From Octopus bimaculoides (taxonomy: Eukaryota): a stretch of 63,815 bases of DNA. Where the stretch lies: positions 11,480,753-11,544,567 of the forward strand of contig NC_068981.1 in NCBI RefSeq assembly GCF_001194135.2, written 5' to 3'. A program made the translations under genes and the position numbers. The notes beneath the pieces were generated by a model. The model was not told the origin of the DNA. It searched no databases and saw only the letters and a list, made by a program, of their open reading frames with translations. Below are positions 51,708 to 63,815 of this stretch, piece by piece (the first letter of the stretch is position 1; the number at the start of each line of letters is the position of its first letter).

Positions 51708-52854
51708 TAACACCTACCACGGCCAGACTACCTCTATTTATATGTCTTGGGAGATCCTACTTCGCCTGGGGGCGACGACACGTCAGGGAGTTTGTGATAT
51801 CATTACTCACTCTGTATTTAATGATAAGATACTTGTACCAAACCAACCAATATGCTTCTATCGAAGATTTTGGGAAAGAGGATTAGTTGTGAATTATCAT
51901 TCTGAAAAATATCTGATATTCCTATATGTTTGAGAACAGTAAACGTAACGCAAAATCGCAAGATTTGAAAGTCCTAAATTGGGAGATTTTACTCTGTGTT
52001 CTTCAGTAAAAAGGTCGATCGTGTAAAGTATTATTTAGTAGCATTACTGTCAGAACAAACCATATCTATTTCGATAATTCGTCGGAGTGAGAGGGCATGT
52101 GTATACATGTGTATATGTTTATGTATGTATGTACGGGCATGTTCGTATGCATACATCGGTATTGTTGTGCACGATTTTATAGTTATGTTTCTGTAGATGT
52201 ACGTGTACGCACGATACAATATCCCAAAATCTGAACATATATTTATTCACTTGATTTAAAAGTACGTTTCAGGACAATTCTAAACTTACGCTTGTGGTAT
52301 TACTAAACATTTAAACATACCATTATCACAACAAAATTGCCCATATATTCGAATAAAAGAAATTACTTAAAATACAATTTTTTTTCTCCGAGATTATGCT
52401 AAAGACATTTAAGCAACGTATATTTAAAATTTATTTTGACCTACTTAGCAATGTAAGAACGAACATATTCACTTATGTATTTTAATGTTCTTTATATACA
52501 GACATATAAATATAGAGAAACCTTAAAACTACAATGACGAGAATTGAAAATATTTTAATTCAATAAATGGAAGCATATCTGTGCGGAGATAAAACAAATG
52601 TTCAAAATATAGAAATTTGTTTAAAAGAAAATACGCCAGTTACTTAAATGGAAATAAACTTATTTATTGTGTTGTTTTCAGTAATTTATTAAATCATGCG
52701 TTACATCTTTGATCTTCTCTACAGGCTATACGCCGACTTCCTTCTCTCTTGTATGTCTGTAATATTTACCAAATACTCATTTTTCTAAGAACATATTAAA
52801 CCATTTATGTATGTGTGTGAACATAATTATGCGCACGCGCATTTGTCTATGTTC

Positions 52855-52895
<41 letters not shown>

Positions 52896-53481
52896 NNNNN
52901 NNNNNNNNNNNNNNNNNNNNNNNNNNNNNNNNNNNNNNNNNNNNNNNNNNNNNNNNNNNNNNNNNNNNNNNNNNNNNNNNNNNNNNNNNNNNNNNNNNNN
53001 NNNNNNNNNNNNNNNNNNNNNNNNNNNNNNNNNNNNNNNNNNNNNNNNNNNNNNNNNNNNNNNNNNNNNNNNNNNNNNNNNNNNNNNNNNNNNNNNNNNN
53101 NNNNNNNNNNNNNNNNNNNNNNNNNNNNNNNNNNNNNNNNNNNNNNNNNNNNNNNNNNNNNNNNNNNNNNNNNNNNNNNNNNNNNNNNNNNNNNNNNNNN
53201 NNNNNNNNNNNNNNNNNNNNNNNNNNNNNNNNNNNNNNNNNNNNNNNNNNNNNNNNNNNNNNNNNNNNNNNNNNNNNNNNNNNNNNNNNNNNNNNNNNNN
53301 NNNNNNNNNNNNNNNNNNNNNNNNNNNNNNNNNNNNNNNNNNNNNNNNNNNNNNNNNNNNNNNNNNNNNNNNNNNNNNNNNNNNNNNNNNNNNNNNNNNN
53401 NNNNNNNNNNNNNNNNNNNNNNNNNNNNNNNNNNNNNNNNNNNNNNNNNNNNNNNNNNNNNNNNNNNNNNNNNNNNNNNNN

Positions 53482-53516
<35 letters not shown>

Positions 53517-53769
53517 TAATGTAGTTATCTGTGTGCTCAAGTATATGTAAATGCGTGCTATTTCAGTGAATGTGCAGGAGTTGCAATTGAATTGTGCATT
53601 ATAAAAATACACTATCAACCTCTCTGTAGATCTAGTATATACACTACATATTACCATATGTGCGTGCATACAGGTTCATATGCATACACACACATATACA
53701 CACTCATACATACACACACACACATATATATATATGTATATATGTACATATATTTGAATATTCTTTTGT

Positions 53770-53930
53770 TCTTTTATTCTCTTACTCTTTTACTTGTTTC
53801 AGTCGTCTGACTGCGACCATGCTGGAGCAGCACCTTTGGACGAGCAACTTACGGGGACGTAAACACACCAGCATCGGTTGTGAAGCGATGTTGGGAGGGG
53901 GGCAAACATACACGCACAAATGTATACACG
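53770..53930 (-). mobile_element. 3' half of a family B SINE
   Basis: Reverse complement ...caaccgatgctggtgtgtttacgtccccgtaa...ctccagcatggtcgcagtcagacgactgaaacaagtaaaagag. Confidence 0.8.
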
Positions 53931-53938
53931 CGCATACG

Positions 53939-53976
<38 letters not shown>

Positions 53977-54166
53977 TATTATTTAAAAGAGTTCCAGCTA
54001 TGTCTGTTTTTTATGTTTTATTTATATTATAAGATTAATGTGGGATATAGAATATGGAATATATAATATGTTTAGTAAAATGAAATGAAGTATTGAATGT
54101 CCTATTGAATATATGAAATATTGAGTATTAAATATAGAGTATAAGATATATAAGGACTAGTATACT

Positions 54167-54311
54167 TTCCGTCCTCCAAATCTACTCACAAGTCTTTGGT
54201 CAGCCAGAGGCTATAGCAGAAGACACTTGACCAAAATGCCACGCATTAGGACCGAACCCGTAACCGTGTGGTAGTTAGCAAGCTACTTACCACACAGCCA
54301 CTCCTGCACCT
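54167..54311 (-). mobile_element. 5' half of a family B SINE
   Basis: Reverse complement aggtgcaggagtggctgtgtggtaagtagcttgc...gggttcggtcc...gaccaaagacttgtgagtagatttgg. Confidence 0.8.
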
Positions 54312-54324
54312 ATATCCAACACAC

Positions 54325-54334
54325 TCTCTCTCTT

Positions 54335-54382
<48 letters not shown>

Positions 54383-54412
54383 CCTCTTTCCCTCTTTCTC
54401 TCTTTCTCTCTT

Positions 54413-54445
<33 letters not shown>

Positions 54446-54465
54446 TTCTCTCTTTCTCTGTCTCT
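54325..54465. repeat. (CT)n/(CTTT)n microsatellite
   Basis: Direct observation. The (GA)n tract at 58281-58410 is similar. Confidence 0.95.
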
Positions 54466-54933
54466 GTATTTATATACATACAGACACACACGCGCACACA
54501 AACCTATACTCTCACAAAGATATATATTCACACACATACATCCACACACTGACATATATCCGTACATATACAAGCACAACGTACAAATTTGTATATATTC
54601 AATAATGTGCGCGTCATCTTAGAGTGTTTTTCATATCATGGTATCTTATTAGGAGCAATAATTTAGTACTGTAATAGTTTTCTCGTAATGTGATTACTGT
54701 TTCATCTATACCAAAGTGAAATATCCATTTATGCTACTACTAAGAAGGAATATATAAATATATACCCATACAGACATGCACACAAACATACACACTGACA
54801 CACCGCCCCCACACAGATCCATCTATATACAACAGTGAATATATATAAATATATGTATATATATATATATATATGTGTGTGTGTCTAAATATGTATGTAC
54901 GTATATAAATGTATACGTGCTCACACACGCATG

Positions 54934-54979
<46 letters not shown>

Positions 54980-54994
54980 TTTCTGCCACATTAG

Positions 54995-55122
54995 ACATAA
55001 ATCCTGCTTACTGTCAAAAGATGGACGCAACAATGAGATTTTTCGCAGCAGCTTATTTAGAGAGTGGAGAGGAAAGTTATGAACAAGCAGTTAAGAATTT
55101 CTTTTTGAAAATAGATGCAGAT
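54995..55122 (+). CDS. Candidate 128-nt exon of an unidentified gene
   Basis: Acceptor catttctgccacattag, donor GAT|gtgaat (moderate). Open reading (D)INPAYCQKMDATMRFFAAAYLESGEESYEQAVKNFFLKIDAD. No family recognised. Confidence 0.3.
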
Positions 55123-55995
55123 GTGAATATACAGTTATCTATTTAGAAAATTGTGGATGTCAAATTAAATTTATAGTAATGGATTTCCACACTTTCAGCA
55201 ACGAATATACGGAAAACTCACATACAATCTCATATGTTTGTGTGCGTATCTCTGTCTGTATATACATACATACATACATATATATATATTTTGTCCTGTT
55301 CTGGTGTTTTGCGAAATGTTTCTGGAGAACATTATTTTTCTTTGTGGTTGGGTCGTAGATGACCTCTTTCTAGCATATTGGATGTCCACCTAGTGATCAT
55401 CCCTTATACAAGTGTAATATGTATATATGAGTGTGTGTGTATTTATACACACACACACACACACACNNNNNNNNNNTATATATATAGATGCAAAGCTTTA
55501 TGAGAGTACATATATGTGTATATACATATGTATATATTTATGTATAAACATTCCAATTCTCGTTACAAACGTGGTTTCATTAACTGATAAAATGACAATT
55601 GTATTGCTGTTAGTGCTATAAGCTTACTATTCGCTTTCTATAATGATGCACCCGAACCTACTCAACCGGCATATTTTTCAAGGAACATTTTTATAGTAAT
55701 TATCTAATTTGTTTATGTATGTCTAAAAGTTATATCTGCAAGATTCTTTGTAAGTGTTCACCACTGTCACTCGTTTCTACAAATATGAAACAAAAACAAA
55801 TTCCGTTACATTATATGCATTTATGGCATCAACTCCGGTGTATTTTTGATTAGTGGCAATACGTCACATTCTAATACTTTGTCACGACATAACTGCCATC
55901 AAATATTGGATTATAGTTTTGGGAAATTATTTTTGTATCATATTTGACATACATTTCTGGATTTTTTGCGTATGTGGCAATTATTAGTGGCACAT

Positions 55996-56026
<31 letters not shown>

Positions 56027-56567
56027 NNNNNNNNNNNNNNNNNNNNNNNNNNNNNNNNNNNNNNNNNNNNNNNNNNNNNNNNNNNNNNNNNNNNNNNNNN
56101 NNNNNNNNNNNNNNNNNNNNNNNNNNNNNNNNNNNNNNNNNNNNNNNNNNNNNNNNNNNNNNNNNNNNNNNNNNNNNNNNNNNNNNNNNNNNNNNNNNNN
56201 NNNNNNNNNNNNNNNNNNNNNNNNNNNNNNNNNNNNNNNNNNNNNNNNNNNNNNNNNNNNNNNNNNNNNNNNNNNNNNNNNNNNNNNNNNNNNNNNNNNN
56301 NNNNNNNNNNNNNNNNNNNNNNNNNNNNNNNNNNNNNNNNNNNNNNNNNNNNNNNNNNNNNNNNNNNNNNNNNNNNNNNNNNNNNNNNNNNNNNNNNNNN
56401 NNNNNNNNNNNNNNNNNNNNNNNNNNNNNNNNNNNNNNNNNNNNNNNNNNNNNNNNNNNNNNNNNNNNNNNNNNNNNNNNNNNNNNNNNNNNNNNNNNNN
56501 NNNNNNNNNNNNNNNNNNNNNNNNNNNNNNNNNNNNNNNNNNNNNNNNNNNNNNNNNNNNNNNNNNN

Positions 56568-56602
<35 letters not shown>

Positions 56603-57349
56603 AACATATGCATACACGTAACTAATTTATGAACAAGCTCTTTCGCTTTGTTCCTTATATTCATAATTGTCCGCGCGTGCGTGTTTGCATATGTGTGTGT
56701 TTCTCTGTGTTTGTGTGTGTGTGTTTGCGTATGCTTGTTTTTTGTTTGACTATGCATGTATGTTTATTAATCTTATGCGTTCGTCTTTGTTCGTAGTTAT
56801 GTCTTGTATATCAGCTACACCGTCTATAATTTATGCAATATCAAATGACAGGAGAAGAAAGAAATATATGCCAAAAGCTCTTTGATACATTAGCTAGTAA
56901 TTGGATGTAAAGGGAATATATGTTTGGTCTTCCAAAGCAGCTACAAGTAATAATACGTTGATGCTTTACACCTAATATATATGAGTGTACTTTACGTAAA
57001 AATGAATGATTTCCCTGTGAATGAAAAATATAATATAAGCATAAAAACTCTATTGAATATATCGGAGTACTTCAATTGGAACAAAATGTATAGAGTCATT
57101 GATTATCAACTTAACAATTCAAATTAGACGGTTCGGTCTAGATAAAACTAAAACGAATTGATAGCTACATATATATATTGATATTTTTATCATGTGATGA
57201 ATTACATATCCTCTGTTGTCAAGAATATGACAGTATATTTTTTATATTAAAAGTGACAAAAAAAAAATGGGAGCTTAACGGATCTATCTCAAACAGTGGC
57301 TTGAAATAGTTCTGATGGCTTCAATTTAAGGTTAAAGTTTGGTATATTG

Positions 57350-57440
57350 TATGTTATAACCGACAAGGTCGAATTTGCCTTTTATCTTTGCAGGGTAGAT
57401 AAAATAAGTACCAGGGTAGATAAAATAAGTACCACTTACG
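57350..57440 (+). mobile_element. Family A SINE fragment with a 21-bp tandem duplication
   Basis: aaggtcgaatttgccttttatc followed by agggtagataaaataagtacc twice (57392-57433). Confidence 0.6.
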
Positions 57441-57930
57441 CCCTCCCTTGGGATTGCTGGAATATATTACATACGATACAGACACACATACACGCAGACA
57501 AACTCACACACACACAAACTTACACAAGCGCAAATACTCAAACATACACGCTAGCATGATATCACAAAATGATATTTTAAAATGCTTTCTTAGAGTCAGA
57601 TATCGAAAATTTAGTAATTGTGGATGTTTCTCAATGAAAAAGGGAGATAAATTAACGAAATGCAGAAATAATTTCCCCAGTTATTTTAGATAATTGAAAA
57701 CAGGTCTTTGAAGTGGAAACTCTTGGCATGTTTCGTCCTATTATTTGACGACAGCTTTGAATACTTTAAAACAAATTTTAAAATCATTTTATAGATTAAC
57801 ATGTATTAAAAAAATAAGTAAAAATAGCTACATGAGCCTAATACAGGAACTCTGCGTCTATGTGTATATATGCATACGTAACTATAAGGCATGCTTGGAA
57901 ATATCGGCTCATAAATGCAAGTTTCAAGTA

Positions 57931-57995
57931 CAAATAAAAAACGAAGAATCAAAATAAAAAACGAAGAGACAAAATAAAAAACGAAGAAACAAAAA
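57931..57995. repeat. 20-bp minisatellite (caaaataaaaaacgaagaa-like) x3
   Basis: Direct observation. Confidence 0.75.
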
Positions 57996-58280
57996 GAAAA
58001 TTGGTTTTCTCGATGGATGTGAGCTCAGTAATTTATAACGTATGCTCATTTAATAAATATCTTATCAAAGCCTTGCGGATTTGCTAGAAATATTAAATTT
58101 TGAGTCTTGAAATTTTAAAAGCTGAAGCCTGCTTGATCTAGGCGTAGCTTTATTTTTCGATTTCATGCGAATCTGCAACCATAAAACATATCATTCATTC
58201 TCACGCGAGAATAATTTCCTCGCACTATGTTTTTCCTAGGGGGTTTATACACAAATGAGTATCATGAGTGCGACCGCTGA

Positions 58281-58394
<114 letters not shown>

Positions 58395-58740
58395 TGTGAG
58401 AGAGAGAGAGATGTCCATGTAATGAGCTATTATACGCTTCATGTTGGTTTTCGTTCGGTTTCCTTGTACGTCTCCACTGTCATGTTATTTTTTCCCAACT
58501 TTGACCCGCCATAAATCCAAAATTTTAGTTTAGAATTAATGGGAGCAGCTGCCTTTGAAGACACATATTGTCGTTGCATGCTGAAAATGAGTAGTGAGAC
58601 AGCTGGCAACTGATGAAGGGTAATTTCTCTGCTTTTACGTGTCCTGTTCTTCATTTTATTCTCGTTGTTTACATATTTAACACGTTTGTTTCCGTATTTC
58701 ATATTATTTGTATCGTTAGTGACATACTCTACCCATATAT

Positions 58741-58806
<66 letters not shown>

Positions 58807-58859
58807 GTTTTTGCGTATGTTTGTTCTGTGAAGGCGCATGGCTGCGTGTTGTGTTTTTT

Positions 58860-59699
58860 AAGCGAGATACAGTATTTCACATTGCACCTGTTCCCTCAGC
58901 TGTTGAAATGAATTGCAATATCCGGAACCAAATTTTAATATCATCTTCTTGCGCAAGGTGACTATTTCGAAGGATATGACATTTTGCAATTCGCTCTGGA
59001 TCTTAACATCATTATCAAAACGGTGATCTCTGCGCTCCATTTTCATCGGATAAGTAAGTGGTTGAAGTCTCCATGTGCTAAATCTGGCGGAAACAGCGAG
59101 TGCGGACGCGATATCATGTAACGGGCGAGAAACTTATTACTCGGTGAAGAATCCAATGCCTTGCGCTCTACATCATCGGTGGCTTTCACCGAATGTTCCC
59201 CCTCAAACGTTTCAAAACGCTGCAGTAAAGCTCTACATTGAGGATCTGTTTCTGGAGGACGTATTCTTGATGCAGATTACTAGATTTCCAGGTATCACGC
59301 ACGTAGCAGGTCTTTCACATCGCTCATTGTCTTCCTGAGATCTTCTTCCGCTTTTGAAGCGCCCGTACCACATAAAAACATTGCGTACCACCCATTGTCT
59401 CGCTGCCGTAAGCTTGTTAAATCCTGATCAATGTTTCTGTAATAGAATTCACAAGTTTAACGCAAACTTTCACGTTGCCTTTTTGTTCCGATTTTCTGTC
59501 CAAGGCAGCATCACAGACTACAACATACACCTGATCATAAGAACACAAATTTCACAACTTGTGAAGTAAAGACAGCGATGTCACTCGGCACAGTACCTCA
59601 TGAGAGTCACGGCTAGTTCTCACTGCACAAGTAACTGTGGGCTGCCTTGCCTTGGTACGCTGCAGAACTAGTCCGGGAACATTTTGTTACCGCCTCTCA
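58860..59699 (-). mobile_element. Internally deleted mariner, same family as 48250-49090
   Basis: 5' TIR TA-tgagaggcggtaacaaaatgttcccggactagttctgcagcg; a 5' leader shared with the 48 kb copy (gccgagt.acatcgctgtctttacttc.caagtt.tgaaattt); PHSLFPPDLAHGDF; KMERRDHRFDNDVKIQSE. Confidence 0.8.
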
Positions 59700-59721
59700 T
59701 ACATGCATACACATATATAAT

Positions 59722-59757
<36 letters not shown>

Positions 59758-60511
59758 NNNNNNNNNNNNNNNNNNNNNNNNNNNNNNNNNNNNNNNNNNN
59801 NNNNNNNNNNNNNNNNNNNNNNNNNNNNNNNNNNNNNNNNNNNNNNNNNNNNNNNNNNNNNNNNNNNNNNNNNNNNNNNNNNNNNNNNNNNNNNNNNNNN
59901 NNNNNNNNNNNNNNNNNNNNNNNNNNNNNNNNNNNNNNNNNNNNNNNNNNNNNNNNNNNNNNNNNNNNNNNNNNNNNNNNNNNNNNNNNNNNNNNNNNNN
60001 NNNNNNNNNNNNNNNNNNNNNNNNNNNNNNNNNNNNNNNNNNNNNNNNNNNNNNNNNNNNNNNNNNNNNNNNNNNNNNNNNNNNNNNNNNNNNNNNNNNN
60101 NNNNNNNNNNNNNNNNNNNNNNNNNNNNNNNNNNNNNNNNNNNNNNNNNNNNNNNNNNNNNNNNNNNNNNNNNNNNNNNNNNNNNNNNNNNNNNNNNNNN
60201 NNNNNNNNNNNNNNNNNNNNNNNNNNNNNNNNNNNNNNNNNNNNNNNNNNNNNNNNNNNNNNNNNNNNNNNNNNNNNNNNNNNNNNNNNNNNNNNNNNNN
60301 NNNNNNNNNNNNNNNNNNNNNNNNNNNNNNNNNNNNNNNNNNNNNNNNNNNNNNNNNNNNNNNNNNNNNNNNNNNNNNNNNNNNNNNNNNNNNNNNNNNN
60401 NNNNNNNNNNNNNNNNNNNNNNNNNNNNNNNNNNNNNNNNNNNNNNNNNNNNTATATATATATATATGAATTTATCGACTTTCATTCCGTTTTCATACCT
60501 TAATTTTTCAG

Positions 60512-60600
60512 ATTGGAAGAAATTATGCATACATGTTCGTATTAATATGTTTGCTCAGCACTATACAATATTTGATATCTTCACGAGTAACTGCGATAAA
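60512..60600 (+). CDS. Candidate 89-nt exon, possibly encoding a signal peptide or TM segment
   Basis: Strong acceptor ttttcataccttaatttttcag and strong donor AAA|gtaagg. Frame 0 reads IGRNYAYMFVLICLLSTIQYLISSRVTAI (ATG at 60533). A second frame is also open. Confidence 0.35.
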
Positions 60601-62002
60601 GTAAGGCAGCTCATCGGTTCACAGGAAAATTATGTTTACAGTCAGGACCTTAATTTAGAGTATAGGTGGTGGGGTACTTCAATTTCAGGGTCCCCTTATA
60701 GACATGAATTAAAATCTTGGAAAATTACCAAATTTAAATGTCAAAACTTGTATTTGACTTATAATTGAATTTCACTTGTTAGCAGACGAAGTTTGAACAT
60801 ACATCTGATATTATCGTTCTATAGATACACATTTCAAAATTCTAATTTCGTTTTTCACACATCAGCTTGAGGTGTTTGACATTCCCTTCATTTTTGAGAA
60901 GTACTATGAAGGAGGGAAGAGGCGGTAAGATTAGCTATTTTTAATGCGAATTACAAATGTTTCAGAATGTGGAATACAGTAAAGTGAGGCAAATTTAAGA
61001 AAATATAGCATTTTAAGCAGTATGAATGTTTGTCTGTGTGGACACACACACACACACACGCGCGCACTCATACACACACGCACATACACACATACACATA
61101 CATTTAAAAGACATGGATTTTTAGAATTCCTGTTTTAAATGGCTTTTCGTCATTGTTTTTTAATGCACGAAAAATTTTAAGACCGAGGCCAAAATGGATT
61201 ACTTCCAACTTATATTAGACATTTACTACGAAAGACCACTTAACTAGTTCGAAGTAGGAATCAAAAGCAAATTTTGATGGGGTAAAATGAGTAAAAGAAA
61301 ATAGGTAGATTTGCTTCTTCATGTCTCAAGAGTTATTTCTCGGAAAAGACTCATACTCATCAGTATCTCTCCTTGGACATTGGAAAGATTTTTAAAAATC
61401 AACAAAATTTAAGAAATATGAGTCAAATGAGAGAAGATCATGGAAAACTGACAAGTTAACAAAACACTACGAAATCTAAAACGTCAACATACAATATTTT
61501 CTATAGCTTCTACCCAATCTATTGGAGTGGTTCTCTTAATGATATATTTAGCACTAAGCAGTAAAAGATAAATTCTTAAAATTAGTCATTACTCATTTTG
61601 CCCCAAAATAGTAAATTTTTTGAAAATTGAAAATTATGGCATTAGATATTAGTGTGGGACGCAAATTATCTATGGATTCAGCAGAGAAGAAATATTCTTT
61701 ATCAAATAGAAAAGGTTATCCAGATATTTTATTAGCAGCCTCAATTATAATCAACTCAGAGTTGAGAAAAAGATTTCTCGAATAAAAATGTACCTGTCAC
61801 ATGAATGCTTCAAACTCTAAACTTCAACCACAATGCTGATTAATTCTTACCCCCAACGATGATGCCATAGTGGAAAATGGTTATCCAATACTTGCAATGT
61901 AAAACTTTCAAACAGGTAGGGAGAAAGTCGCTAGAAACTGGAAATTACTCGTTCTGCCCAGGATACCAGTTTTACCCGTTAACAGATTAATCGTGTCTGC
62001 TA

Positions 62003-62469
62003 TAAGCATAAGGCCTGAAATTTTTGGGGAAGGGACAAGTCGATTACATCGACCAAGTACCCAACTAGTACTTGATTGATCGATTCCGAAAGGATGAATG
62101 GCAAAGTTGACCTCAGTGCAATTTAAACTCAGAACGTAGCGGCAGGCGAAATACCGCTAAGCATTTTGCCCGGCGTACTAACGATTCTTTTTCTACTCTT
62201 GGCACAAGGCCCGAAATTTGTTTTTTTTGGGGGGGGGGGGCAGTCGATTAGACCGACCCCAGTACGCAAATAGTATTTAATTTATCGTACCCGAAAGGAT
62301 GAAAAGTACATTCGACCTCGGAAGAATAATCTTTTCTACTCTAGGCACAAGGCCCGAAATTCTAGGGGAGAGGCCAGTCGATTAGATCGACTCCAATACG
62401 CAACTGGTACTTAATTTATCGTCCCTTTGAAAGGAAGAAATGCAAAGTCGACCTCGGCGGAATTTGAAT
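62003..62469 (-). mobile_element. Three head-to-tail, 5'-truncated family A SINEs
   Basis: Units at ~62003-62187, 62188-62330 and 62331-62469, each with aggcc(t/c)gaaatt...gtcgatta.a.cgac...ttaat.tatcg...gaaaggat..aa...gacctc. Confidence 0.8.
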
Positions 62470-63337
62470 TATATATAAGGTAAAGGTAAGAAAACTCATT
62501 AACTCATCATAAATCCAATGAAAATACTGGTTAGTTACCAATCTATAGAAAGTTCAACTATAGGGTAACATTAGAAACCGTAGTTCATATTCATATATTT
62601 AAAGAATAAAGAGAAAATGGAGTGGTAGTTAATAAAATGATGTATCAATTATAAAATATGACATCTCTCATAGCCGTTTCGATTCGAAACTCTTTACATA
62701 ATTAATTTATAAAATTAAAATCATTAAATGTGAATCTCTTCAGAGGTTGTAAGGATATACCGATTAGAAGTACTTTTTGAGATAACGACTATAAAACCGT
62801 TAACTGCTAGCAAATATGCAAAAAGACCCGGTTACAGAAAAAGTCAATCTAACATACGAACCAGAAGACAGTATATACTATACGTCTTAAAGAATGAAAA
62901 GAAGAGATTAATATAATATCATAAGGTATTGAGGAGGAGAAAAGAAAAAAAACAGAAAAACAGAACAAGAAAAATGGAAGCAGAGAAACACCTATATTCA
63001 TAAATATATAATAGCAATTCTAGAAACCAGCATAAGGTAAGAAGATAGTGTACATTTTGTGTCTTAAATGAAAGAAAAAAAGATTAATATATAATATTAA
63101 AAGGTATTTAGAAGTATAAGTAAAAGGAAAACAGGAAGCAGAAAAGTGCATGTGTATATAAATATATAATAATGTCATATAATATCATGCTTATTTATAA
63201 TACTGCAATACAAAAAACTAATGTTCTAAAGTTTAATTCAAGTAGAAGCAAACAGTGGCAAAATATGTTTAAACCGAAGTTATCAGAAAGGGATAAATAA
63301 TTTCTAAATATAATATAATTATAATAATAATTTCTAA

Positions 63338-63369
<32 letters not shown>

Positions 63370-63815
63370 GTGATCATAATAACATATTGTATATATTTAT
63401 AGTCATACTGCAATACAGTATAATTAAATAAATGGGTATATAGCAAATCCAGAATAATATGAAAAGAGAAAATATCATAATACAAACTATATCCGTTCGT
63501 CTCTTAAGAAAATTTATTTCAAGCCTTTAAGGTAAAAGACAATAGCAATAATAAACTATCAGAACGTAAAGGATTTAAAAATATATAAAATTTCCGACAT
63601 ACTGCTTTCCGTTAAATAAACCTGAAGTAAATATTCTATGAAGCATGCTTAAGGGGGTAACATAATATTAAGAAAATAAGAATTATGTAAGAGGAAACAC
63701 TTATACATAAATGAATTAATCGAAAATAAAATAATGTAAATTACAATGAATTACATAAAATACCTTCACACATAGCTGGGATGCATATATATAGTATATA
63801 TATATATATATATAT

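Noticed and set aside
61100-61982. Possible TTAA-flanked non-autonomous DNA transposon
   Set aside because: One end (ccagttttacccgttaa) looks terminal, but I could not find a matching inverted end in the window.
62480-63560. Purine-rich stretch resembling an old LINE relic (similar to 22020-22960)
   Set aside because: No diagnostic EN or RT motifs could be read.

Overview
This is eukaryotic, AT-rich (roughly 30-35% GC by eye) draft-assembly DNA with many N gaps, almost all bordered by microsatellites. The SINE families and microsatellite load match what I recall of the Octopus (O. bimaculoides-like) genome; this is an inference, not a database match. I could not identify a complete host gene, rRNA, true tRNA or CRISPR array. 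Most listed ORFs are translations of microsatellites, gaps or antisense transposon sequence. The window is dominated by decayed mobile elements: about nine fragments of restriction-like-endonuclease (RLE, R4/Dong-type) LINEs mostly next to (TAA)n tracts, four mariner relics, Penelope-like GIY-YIG fragments, CR1/L2-like and RTE-like LINE relics, and many tRNA-derived SINEs. The most interesting signals are RNA-structural: (1) a tRNA-headed SINE family whose body carries a Penelope-type minimal hammerhead-ribozyme fold (3 copies, all with core lesions); (2) a highly structured ~126-bp direct repeat rich in hammerhead motifs at 47.3-47.8 kb; (3) a near-perfect ~40-bp-arm hairpin at 45.4 kb. Several short candidate exons with good splice signals are listed at low confidence.
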